Of a DNA stretch of 30,972 bases, positions 19,252 to 29,230 are shown piece after piece (within the stretch, counting starts at the first letter, position 1; each line of letters starts with the position of its first letter). Made by a program: the position numbers and the translations under genes. The stretch lies in the NCBI GenBank assembly GCA_947572545.1, contig CANPCK010000008.1:1-30972 (forward strand). The letters run 5' to 3'. Under the pieces are notes generated by a model. The model did not search any database, was not told the DNA's origin, and worked only from the letters and a program-made list of their open reading frames with translations. The stretch comes from an uncultured Clostridium sp. Its GTDB lineage: Bacteria; Bacillota; Clostridia; TANB77; CAG-508.

Positions 19252-20373
19252 ATGAAAGAAAGAAAGCTTGGTACTTTTCAAGCAATTGCAATTGCAGTTA
19301 CTGTTATGATTTCTCACATAATATTAAATTTACCAAATCATTTAATAAGTGAAACTGGTCCTGCAACTATTCTAAATCTTATTTATGTATTTATAATTTC
19401 TCTTATTATATTGGGACTTGCTTTAAAAGTATTCAAGCTTTTTCCAAATAACGATATCATAGATATATGTGAATATGCTGCTGGTAAAAAAATAAAAAAT
19501 ATATTCAGTGCGTTAATTAGTATATATCTTCTAATACTTTGTGCATTTGTAATTAGAATTTTTTCAGAAAGTTTAGTACTTATTTATTTTCCAAATATAG
19601 ATTTAGAGATTGTAATATTAATTTTTATAATTATTACTGCTATGCTTAATTTATTTGGTTTTAAAGTAATTGCAAGAACTACAGCTATGATTCTTCCTAT
19701 TATTTTAATTGCCATGGTAGTTATTTTTATATCTTCTGCCTCTAAATTCATGCCTGAAAGAGCTTTACCTATTCTTGGATATGGAGCTTCTAAAACTTTT
19801 TTGACAGGGCTTCGGAAATATTTTTGCATTTAGTAGTAGTCTAATTTTTGGATTAATAGCACCTTTAATTGGTAATCGGTGAAAGATTAAAAAAAGTTCG
19901 GAATTATTTCATTAATTGTTTATGCAATTTATTTAATGCTTGGAATTATTGCCCTTTTATTTTTAATACCATCTATTACAGAAATTAATAATACTTTATC
20001 TATCTATATTTTAGCTAGAAATGTAAGTTTAGGAGATTTCATACAAAGTATTGATGCAATATTTATACTTATTTGGATAATGTCTATATTTAGTTATTTA
20101 GCTATTGTAACACATTTTGTATTAAAGTTTTTCAAGAAAATAACTAATATAAAAAGTGATTCTTCAATGATTTATTGCTTTTCAGCATTTTTATTTATAA
20201 TTGCTATGCTCCCTAAAAATATATCAGATACTACTTTTTTTGAAAGTACCTTTTATAAATATGCATCCATTATATTCGTTTTCTTTGTATGTCCTATAAT
20301 TTTATTATTTGCTTATATAAAGAAAAAACGTGAATTAAAGAAAGGAGAAAATAATCTTGAAAAAACGTCTTAG
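19252..20373 (+). CDS. gerB: spore germination permease, GerAB/endospore germination permease family; requires +1 shifts at 19813, 19877 and 19899
   Basis: Reconstructed join: ...SKTFLTGL-[C]G-NIFAFSSSLIFGLIAPLIGN-[C]G-ERLKKV-[C]G-IISLIVYAIYLMLGIIALLFLIPS...; follows the gerA-type gene. Confidence 0.9.
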
Positions 20374-21593
20374 TGTGCTTATTGTAGCTCTAGTCCTTGT
20401 TTCTTTTACTATAAGTGGCTATTCGGCTAAACAAGATATAAATGATATGGCTTATGTAATTGCTATACGGTGTAGATGTTCGGAGAAACTAGTGATTTAA
20501 AGGTTAGTTTTCAATTTTCTATCCCTTCTAAAAACGGTTCTGGAGGTTCTTCTGGTGGATCTTCCGATTCTTCTGATACTGTTATTGATACAATAGAAGC
20601 GCCTTCAATCGAGTCTGCCATAAGTCTTGCAAATGGTTTTATTAGTAAAAAGCTAAACCTTTCTCATTGTAAAGTTCTAGTGATTTCTGAAGAAGTTGCT
20701 GCTTTTGGAATTTCAGATATTATTTATACTTTAATAAATAATGTAGAAATCAGACCTGATTGTAATGTGATAATTTCTCGTTCTACTGCTTATGCTTTTT
20801 TATCAGATTCTCAATCAAAGCTTGAAAGCATAACTGCAAAATATTATGAAATAATAGCTGCTTCTAGCAAAAATACAGGTTATACTGCTAATCTTACAAT
20901 TTCTGATATTTTCAATAGAATTTCAGATACTTATGGCGAACCTTGTGCAATTCTTCGGGTCTGTTACCTCTTCTAATAATTCTTCTGCTTCTCTTGCTGT
21001 TGATGCAGATACTATTTCTGGAGAAACAACTTCTAATATAGGCAACAATTCACGTTCTTCTACAAATATAGATGTTGTAGGTTTAGCTGTTTTTAAAGGC
21101 GATGCTTTAGTTCGGAGAGCTCACTGCTATAGAAACTATTTGTCATTTAATTGTTACTAACCAATTGGAAGAATGTATTTTTTCTATTCCTAGTCCTTTT
21201 AATGAAGACTTTTCTATTGATTTATTTATAACTCCAGATAGAAGTACAAAAAACAAAGTAAAAATTGTGAATGGCTCTCCATATATTTTTACTGATGTAA
21301 AGTTAAATGCTAGAATACTATCTGCTACTAAAAATTCTAATTATTTTGAAGGTAATAACTTAGAGAGTATTGAAGATTACGCTAATTCATATGTAAAATC
21401 TGAATTAGAAAATTATTTATATAAAACTTCTAAAAACTATAAATCCGATATTGCATTATTTGGGAGATATGCTGTTGGAAACTTTAAAACATGGGATGAA
21501 TGGATGTCCTATGATTGGCTTGACAATTATTCAAATTCATTTTTTAATGTAAAAGTTAATGTAGATGTTATTTCAAGTTATTTAATATCTTAA
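20357..21593 (+). CDS. gerC: Ger(x)C family germination protein; requires +1 shifts at 20468, 20481, 20956 and 21113; TTG start proposed
   Basis: Reconstructed: (TTG)KKRLSVLIVALVLVSFTISGYSAKQDINDMAYVIAI-[C]G-VDV-[C]G-ETSDLKVSFQFSIPSK...EPCAIL-[C]G-SVTSSNNSSASLAVDADTISGETTSNIG...GLAVFKGDALV-[C]G-ELTAIETICHLIVTNQLEE... Confidence 0.9.
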
Positions 21594-21604
21594 GGAGGAT
21601 TAAT

Positions 21605-21770
21605 ATGGTTATTGTAATTTCAATTTTAAGTATTTTTGCATTTTTTAAAACCATTCGGATATGCAATTTATGAATATAAGGATAATGGAAGTAAATTAAA
21701 TGGAGTTATTTGTACTATTCTTGCTTTTATTGCTCTAATTGGTCCAATTGTAATGGCTATAATAAGATAG
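21605..21770 (+). CDS. small two-TM membrane protein (54 aa), requires +1 shift at CGG 21656-21658
   Basis: ATG after 'ggagg': MVIVISILSIFAFFKTI-[C]G-YAIYEYKDNGSKLNGVICTILAFIALIGPIVMAIIR*; without the shift only a short fragment is encoded. Confidence 0.7.
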
Positions 21771-21868
21771 AGTTTTTCTAAAAGGAATAGCATATATAAT
21801 TTTTCTTACATCTATCGAAAAATATATATGCTATTCCTTATCTTTTTATATCACTTAACATTTTAGCC

Positions 21869-23255
21869 TTATTTCTTTAAAAGTTCTTTGAAAGTTCTTA
21901 ACTCCATTTCAATAATTGGTCTCAAACTAAAAGTACAATTATTGTATGCATCTGCATAATTCCAATTTATAACTCTATATGTGCAAGTTGATGCCCAGTG
22001 TCCTATACGCCTACCATCTGTTTCTTCATTCCATAAAGTACTACGATAATAATTATATCCTGATGACTCATTTTCGTAATTTGGAACCTGACCAACAAAT
22101 CCGATCATACACGCTTGCTAATAGGAAATTATTAGCAACATAACTAGGCCAAGCAGGATCTATTCCTGGAAATGTCATTCTACTTGAAAGATAATATTTC
22201 TCATAGTAATTACCATTACTATCTTTTAATATAAGTTCTTCATAAACTGGATCTTTGAAGTTATTATTTTGTAACTGTTTATACCAACCATTATACATAA
22301 GTTCATAATAACTTTTTGCACTTGCTCTAGCCGTTTCATAGAATTCTGTTTGTTCACTGTTTTTTAATCCTTCTTGCATTACTTTTTTTCCGTCTATGTT
22401 GCTATATGCTTCATATTGCCATATATATGGGAAGTTTAAATTATTTGTATTCTTGCATGTTTCTGTTAGCATATGATATATTCCTGTACCATTAGATGAT
22501 ACTTGCTTTCCATAAGAACTTGTATTTGTATAATAGTCATCTTCTGGTTTCCATACTGTTTTGTCTAATACACTTTCTATATCATCCAAATTTAAGTTTC
22601 TTGCTACACTTCCTAGTTCTTCGTTTCCATAGCACCATGAGCATATATCATTTAATATTTTAACTCCATTATTGTATCCTAACTCTTTACTTAATGTTAA
22701 TTTTGTTGTTGTAGGCTTTTCTGATATTAATTTAACCTTTTCATCATCTATACTCCATACCTTCCATGATAAGTCTTCAGTTACAATTTTTACATCTTTT
22801 GTATCTCCTGTATGTTTTGTTTGTGCTATATATGGCCCCTTTTCTCCTTCTGTTTCTGGACTTTCTACTGCTTTTTGTGGCGTATATTGTATAGTATTTC
22901 CTAATAGTTCTTTTTTCTCTTCTTCTGTAAAACTTTCTTCTTCCTCGCCATTGTCATTATCTGTTTTCTGCCCATTTAATATATTATTTATTTGGTCTAC
23001 TGTACTTCCTATTAAATTTTCCGTTCCTTCTAATATTCTATTTTCATTTACCCCTTCTGCTGCATATTTTTGCGCTCCATCTATTGCATAGTCCACTATT
23101 TTTGTCCTATATACAACAATTATACTTACTGCTGATAATATTACTAAAATTATTATTGTTATTATTAATGCTACTAATGTTATTCCTTTTTCACTATGTT
23201 TAATAGGCTCTTTTGAACTTAGCTTGTTTGTTTTAACTTCTGTTTTATTATTCAT
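21869..23255 (-). CDS. prepilin-like/secreted protein with N-terminal TM and a C-terminal DUF6273-like domain; requires +1 shift at CGG (22103-22101)
   Basis: 'EKGITLVALIITIIILVILSAVSIIVVY' prepilin-type N-terminus; join gives '...LASVYD-[C]G-FVGQVPNYENESSGYNYYRSTLWNEETDGRRIGHWAS'. Confidence 0.8.
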
Positions 23256-23487
23256 TTTGAAATTTATTCCTCTCTCTCCTAGGGCATAAAGTAAAAATTT
23301 TCATTTATATAAACATTTTTTAATATATCTATTTATATTTTACCATTTTATTGTTACGTTAAAATAACATTATCATGACATTTGTATTGCATTTTGTCTC
23401 AACATTTCATAACTTTTATAAAATTTCTATAACTAAAAAAACGATTATAAAAGTTTTATATCTACTTCTATAACCGTTTTCTAAAAT

Positions 23488-25869
23488 TTATTCTTGTTTT
23501 GTATCTCTGTGCATATCATACACAATTGCATCTTCATTGTTAAATAAAAATTTATCATCTAAATTATCTGTTTGAATTGGGTTTACTTCATCATCATCAC
23601 TATATGAGTCAAAGTCTACTCTTCTTGGATCAAATCCAGATCTTCTCTTTGATGTTTCCATCGCACTTTCATTTAGGATTCCACTTTGGAATTTTGCAAA
23701 GTCAAATTTTTTGGACTTATGTGGTTCTTTATATTTCGAAGGCATAAAATCAAGCTTTGCAAGCCCTGTAAATCCTTTACCTTTATCATCTTTATATTTG
23801 AATGCACACCACTTAAATGTAAGTTGGTTTTGAAGTTTTGCAGGTTCAAACCAATTCTTATATGCATATTTAACACCTTTATAGTTGCCATAAGATATAT
23901 CTTTTGCTGTTGAATTTCCTCCAAGGAACTGATTTCCTTTCCCTTCTGCTTTTATATCCATATCTTGAGAATATACCCACATTCTTCTTGCTCCAAATTC
24001 ATCTACCCAAAAGTCTAATTCTTCTGGTGCTATATTTCCTACTACAATTTTTGCTGTACAGTTAGTAATAATTGTTCTTTGTGAAGTATCTGTGGCATTT
24101 AATTGTGCCATATTCTGTGTTGTAATAAATGTACCAACTTTATATTTTCTATATAATGTAATTAATCCAAGTGTTTCTTCACATAAGAAGTCTGGAAACT
24201 CATCAATATATAACATATGTGGTATTCTTGAATTTTCATTTCCTGGTCTTTTTAATACTGAACGTTGCATTGAAAGTAGGAAAAATAATCCAAATGCTTT
24301 TTGTAAAACAGGTCCTAAATCTCCTCTTCTAGTACATACTATAGTAATTTCCCCTTCTGATAATGCTTTATCAAAGTTTATATTGTTTGTTCTGTTGCAA
24401 AGTATATTTTTTACTCCTTGTATTCTAAGCAAAGCATCTAATTGTGTTATAGCTGTGTGCACAAATTTTTCGGTTTCTTTTCTCATTACACCTTCTGGAT
24501 AAAAATGTTTTCTAAAATATCCAAGTTGTAATTTAAGTCTTCTAGCCATCTCTTCATCTTCTTCAACTTTCTGACACATTTTTGCAACTACATCAAAATC
24601 ATTTAGCATATCTAGCATATCTTCAAGATTTGGAAGGTCTCCATTATTTAATCTTGGATACATTTCAGAAAGTAATATGGTTAGATTTTCTACTGCCTGT
24701 GCTGCTGAGTTTTGGAAGTATACTTCCTCTTCAGCTGGTCTTGTAGATTTGTATGTTACTGAAAGTATTGAAGATATTACTGCTGCAATTTCACTTGGTG
24801 CCCCATAAGAAAATGGATTTATTCCAATAGAATTCATATTATTTGGATCTACTACATTTAATTTCAAATTGAAATTTCTTACAACTTCTATCATTCTTTC
24901 TGTTGATTCATAATCTGGTGAAAGCATTGTTATTCCTAAATCTTTATATACTATTTTAGGTCCTTCACAATATATCATTTTATTAAGGTATGCTTTATAT
25001 AGCTTTTCCTTTTCTTGTATTGGCTCTAACATATTTAAACTAAAATTTTCATTCAAATAATCATTTGTATATGGGCAGTTTAATGTTGCAAGTCCTGTCT
25101 TTAATGCCGTAAATCCCATTTCTTTTGCTGCCTCTTTAAAGAAGTATTTTTTCTCTATATCTCTACCCATTATAGGTTCTAATACTAATGACGTTTTTCC
25201 CATTCCAGAAGATCCTGCAATTAGCATTGGTTCTGCTCTTCTATTATCATATAATTTAACTGTTTTACCTGTTTCTTTATCAATAGATATAATATTTTCA
25301 AAACTGTATGCCCCAGATTTAGTTGTTTTCTTTGATAAATCAATTCCATTGTAGTCCCAGATAGATTCTTGTATTAACCTTGTATCTGCAACTCCACAGT
25401 AGCACCACCAAAATACTGAATAGAAAGTTATCATTGGAATGTATAGTGATATTGCTTGAAATGCTGGTTTAATAACACTTGAAAATTCGGTTACTACTTC
25501 TATATAATTTGGCATTGAAAACAAGAATAACCATAACCCTGCATTTAACCATTGTGTAACCATTGAAATACCAATGATATAAAGTGCTATTGCATAAGAA
25601 TAAATTATTGCTAATTTAATTTTTCCTGAATCTGCATATTTTGAACGTCCTGAAAATAAAAATGCACAAACTGGGCATGCAAGTGCTAGTGTATATGCAA
25701 TTGGTCCCCAATATGAAACAGAAATACCTGTAAATATCATAAATAGCATTTCCACTACTCTATCAACTGCTATATAAGCTGTAAGTAATGTAAATATATA
25801 TGTGAAAAATGTATTTCTATCTGTTTTTAAAACCTTTAATAATTTATCAATATATTTCAAAAAGCTCAC
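23488..25869 (-). CDS. TraG/VirD4-like type IV coupling protein (AAA+ ATPase) with N-terminal TM segments
   Basis: Walker A 'MLIAGSSGMGKTSLVLEPI', 'MLYIDEFPDFLCEETLGLITLYRKYKVGTFITTQNMAQL' (Walker B and sensor region). Confidence 0.8.
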   Translation of the reverse strand: MSFLKYIDKLLKVLKTDRNTFFTYIFTLLTAYIAVDRVVEMLFMIFTGISVSYWGPIAYTLALACPVCAFLFSGRSKYADSGKIKLAIIYSYAIALYIIGISMVTQWLNAGLWLFLFSMPNYIEVVTEFSSVIKPAFQAISLYIPMITFYSVFWWCYCGVADTRLIQESIWDYNGIDLSKKTTKSGAYSFENIISIDKETGKTVKLYDNRRAEPMLIAGSSGMGKTSLVLEPIMGRDIEKKYFFKEAAKEMGFTALKTGLATLNCPYTNDYLNENFSLNMLEPIQEKEKLYKAYLNKMIYCEGPKIVYKDLGITMLSPDYESTERMIEVVRNFNLKLNVVDPNNMNSIGINPFSYGAPSEIAAVISSILSVTYKSTRPAEEEVYFQNSAAQAVENLTILLSEMYPRLNNGDLPNLEDMLDMLNDFDVVAKMCQKVEEDEEMARRLKLQLGYFRKHFYPEGVMRKETEKFVHTAITQLDALLRIQGVKNILCNRTNNINFDKALSEGEITIVCTRRGDLGPVLQKAFGLFFLLSMQRSVLKRPGNENSRIPHMLYIDEFPDFLCEETLGLITLYRKYKVGTFITTQNMAQLNATDTSQRTIITNCTAKIVVGNIAPEELDFWVDEFGARRMWVYSQDMDIKAEGKGNQFLGGNSTAKDISYGNYKGVKYAYKNWFEPAKLQNQLTFKWCAFKYKDDKGKGFTGLAKLDFMPSKYKEPHKSKKFDFAKFQSGILNESAMETSKRRSGFDPRRVDFDSYSDDDEVNPIQTDNLDDKFLFNNEDAIVYDMHRDTKQE

Positions 25870-25983
25870 CGACCTTCTATAATAAAATTACATTTTATTA
25901 CATAATTATACATATATATTATGCCATAAATTCAACAAAAAAGCAAGCCTTTTAGGCTTACTTTATTAAGTTCATCTTATTTC

Positions 25984-26922
25984 CTAATCTAACAACTTCA
26001 ATTCTGCTTCTTCAACTTTATATTTATTTGTTTGTTCATCTAGTTTAAATTCTATTAAAGTTTTTGATAGATTTTCTTTTACTTGTTTCAAGTCTGTTGT
26101 AAAATATAGTTTTATTTTAGTCATTTCTATTCTATTTAATGTAATTTCCTTAAATGACTCTGCTGCATGTCTTTCATCTTCACACACAATTATTAATTGT
26201 GGGATAGTACTAAAACCGCAATCTAGTGTTACAAAGTTATCATAAAAATCCTGATACATTTTCATTTTATCTATAAATTTTTTTTGCCATTCTTCTTCTC
26301 TTCTTACAACTTCAAATAAAAATGTAATTGATCTAGAATTTTTAGTAAGTGTTACTGATCCTCCAGTTGATTTAAATACTTTTCCTAATGTCTTTGCTTG
26401 TAAAGTTGGTTTAACTACATAATTGTCAAATGCTTTAACTTTTCTTAAATATGCAATTATCACTTGATTTCCTGCAAGTCTTTTCTTTATCATCGCAACT
26501 GGTTTTGTATTATCTGATTGTTGCCATTTACATTCGATTCCTCTAGATGTTAAAAGATATTTCCCCATTTTCTCTAGACAATAAATTCTATATATCCCTT
26601 TACCATCTTCTGATGTAAAATAGTATCTAGTTAGGATTTTTGACTTTACAAGTTGGTCTAGCTTATTATTTAATTTGTCCTGCGATTTGTATTCTATTCC
26701 TTTATAATCTAGCATCTGACATAATTGTCTTGATGTTATAAATTCAAATTCATTTACAAGATCAAGTATTGCAAAATGTAAATCATTTATATGTCCTAAA
26801 TTGATTTTGTGTACTATTTGATTCATTGAGACATATCCATCTTTTCCATCAAATGTTTTTATTTCTCCTTTTCTTAAAGCAAATGGCGATTTCTCAGCTT
26901 CGATTTCTTTATCTTCTACCAT
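25984..26922 (-). CDS. winged-helix protein, possibly replication-relaxation-like
   Basis: 'LHFAILDLVNEFEFITSRQLCQMLDYKG...LNNKLDQLVKSKILTRYYF.....GIYRIYCLEKMGKYLL' N-terminal wHTH architecture next to the coupling ATPase. Confidence 0.6.
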   Translation of the reverse strand: MVEDKEIEAEKSPFALRKGEIKTFDGKDGYVSMNQIVHKINLGHINDLHFAILDLVNEFEFITSRQLCQMLDYKGIEYKSQDKLNNKLDQLVKSKILTRYYFTSEDGKGIYRIYCLEKMGKYLLTSRGIECKWQQSDNTKPVAMIKKRLAGNQVIIAYLRKVKAFDNYVVKPTLQAKTLGKVFKSTGGSVTLTKNSRSITFLFEVVRREEEWQKKFIDKMKMYQDFYDNFVTLDCGFSTIPQLIIVCEDERHAAESFKEITLNRIEMTKIKLYFTTDLKQVKENLSKTLIEFKLDEQTNKYKVEEAELKLLD

Positions 26923-26936
26923 ATTATTTCCTCCTT

Positions 26937-27426
26937 TTATTCATATATTAAAAGTTTAACTTTTTTCTTTTCTGGAATAATCTTCTTTATATATACATTT
27001 ACATCTTGCCCATATTCTATATCATCTTTATATTCTGCAAGTCCTACTAAATTTGGCGTTAATTCTATAAAAATTCCATTTTTTGCTTTTTCAGTCTCTC
27101 TTGCAATTCCTTTAACTACTGTTCCTTGTTTAAATTCTTTTATATTGTCTTCCCAAGTTCCAAGTAGTTCTTTATATGTAAAAGATACTCTATTATTATC
27201 TTTATCTACATCTTTTACCATCACTTTTATATCTTGTCCCATTTGAAATCTTTCAAATGGAGTTTTTATTCTAGATACTGATATATCTTCTATATATAAA
27301 AGTCCACTTATACCGATTCTTTAATTCTATGAAAGCTCCATAAGGTTTTATTTGTTTTACCTTTCCATCTACTATCATTCCTTTTGTTAAATCACTTTCA
27401 GATATATTAAATTTTTGATATTTCAT
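26937..27426 (-). CDS. S1 RNA-binding domain protein, requires +1 shift at CGG (27315-27313)
   Basis: Reconstructed: MKYQKFNISESDLTKGMIVDGKVKQIKPYGAFIELKN-[C]G-ISGLLYIEDISVSRIKTPFERFQMGQDIKVMVKDVDKDNNRVSFTYKELLG...: a canonical S1 domain. Confidence 0.9.
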
Positions 27427-27582
27427 TATATCTCTCCTTTATCTTTTGTACAAATATATTATACTACATATCTAATCATTTTTGCAAATTTTTTATTGCA
27501 TATGCAATTTCTAATAATAATTTTTTAGATTAACAAGGTTAAATCCCATTGATTTATAAACTTAAAAGGCCTACTATATATC

Positions 27583-28304
27583 TTAAGAAATTATTTTTTC
27601 TATTTCTTCTTCTTTTAAATATCTCCATTCTCCAATTTTTAATGATTTTACACTAATTTCTCCAATCTTAGTCCTATGTAAAGCTCGTACTTTTTTTCCT
27701 ACTGCTTCACACATTTTTCTAACTTGTCTATTTTTTCCTTCATGTATAGTAATTTCCAGTCTTGATATATTTTGCTCTTTGTCTATCTTTAATATTTTTA
27801 CTTGTGCTGGTCTACTTATATAATTTTCTATTTCTACTCCTTTTCTTAACTTTTCTATTTCTTCTTCTTTTATTTCTCCGAATTAGTGTTACTGTATAAG
27901 TTTTCGTTATTTCATACTTTGGATGTGTTACCTTATATACAAATTCTCCGATCATCTGTTAAAATAAGTGCTCCTGATGTATACATATCAAGCCTTCCAA
28001 CTGGTACTATCCTTTTATTTATTTTTACTAGGTCTAAAACTGTATCTCTTCCAAATTGATCCTTTGCAGTTGTTACATAGCCTATTGGTTTATTTAGCAA
28101 TATATAAGTGTATTTTTCATTTTTATTTTCTATTTTTTTATCTTTAAATGTAATAGTGTCATTTTCTGGATTTATTTTTGTTCCAAGTTCTGTTACAATT
28201 TCTCCATTTACTTTTACTAAACCATTTTGTATATATTCTTCGCATTTTCTCCTTGAAGCTAACCCACAATTTGCTAAATATTTTTGTAGTCGTATTTCTT
28301 CCAT
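27583..28304 (-). CDS. rluB: 23S rRNA pseudouridine synthase, RluB/RsuA family; requires +1 shifts at CGG (27950-27948) and CGG (27880-27878)
   Basis: Reconstructed: ...YVTTAKDQFGRDTVLDLVKINKRIVPVGRLDMYTSGALILTDD-[C]G-EFVYKVTHPKYEITKTYTVTLI-[C]G-EIKEEEIEKLRKGVEIENY...LEITIHEGKNRQVRKMCEAVGKKVRALHRTKIG...KEEEIEKIIS*. Confidence 0.94.
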
Positions 28305-28307
28305 ACA

Positions 28308-29230
28308 TTATCCTCTTTCTTCTAATTTTTTAATAATTTCTTCAAAATATTTAGGCAAAAATGCTTCAATTTTCATTTCTTCTTTTTTAGTTGGGTGAAC
28401 AAATTCTATTTTTTTTGCATGTAACATTTGTCCTTTAACATTAAATGGATTTTTACCATTTGAATATACCATATCTCCTACTACTGGATAACCTATTTCT
28501 GCCATATGTACTCTTATTTGATGTGTCCTTCCTGTATCTATTTTTACTTCAATTAATGTAAATCCATCATATCTTTTTAAAACTTTGAAGTGAGTTATTG
28601 CATCTTTTCCGTTTTTTAGTAACTGCCATTTTTTTCCTGTCTCTTTCAGACCTTCCAATAGGCATATCTATTGTTGCTTCATTTTCCTTGACTTCTCCTC
28701 TAACTAATGCTATATAAGTTTTTTCTACTTTTCTTGATTTTATTTGCTCACTTATATCTATATGTGCTTTGTCATTTTTTGCAATAATTATAACTCCACT
28801 TGTGTCTTTATCCAGTCTATGTACTATTCCGTGGCCTTATTTCTCCTCCTATCCCAGATAAACTTTCTTTACATACATTCATTATTGCATTTACTAAGGT
28901 GCCATCTGGATTTCCATTTGCTGGATGTACTACCATTCCCTTTGGTTTATTTACAACTATTATGTCATTGTCTTCGTAAAGTATTTCTATTGGTATATTT
29001 TCTGCCTTAAGTGATATTTCTTTTGCCTCTGGCTTATTTATATATATTTTATCTCCTCTATTTACTTTATATGATGCTTTTTCTTTTTTTCCATTTACAA
29101 GTATATTTTCTTCGTCAATTAACCTCTGTACTGTAACTCTAGATATTTCTTTATCTAGAATTACAATACATTTATCTAGTCTTGTATTTGCCAAATTTTC
29201 ATCTACATTATATTCTTTATTATTCTTCAT
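28308..29230 (-). CDS. rluD: 23S rRNA pseudouridine synthase, RluD family; requires +1 shifts at CGG (28831-28829) and CGG (28611-28609)
   Basis: Reconstructed: ...[23 protein letters not shown]...GGEIRP-[C][23 protein letters not shown]...[18 protein letters not shown]-[C][46 protein letters not shown]. Confidence 0.95.
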
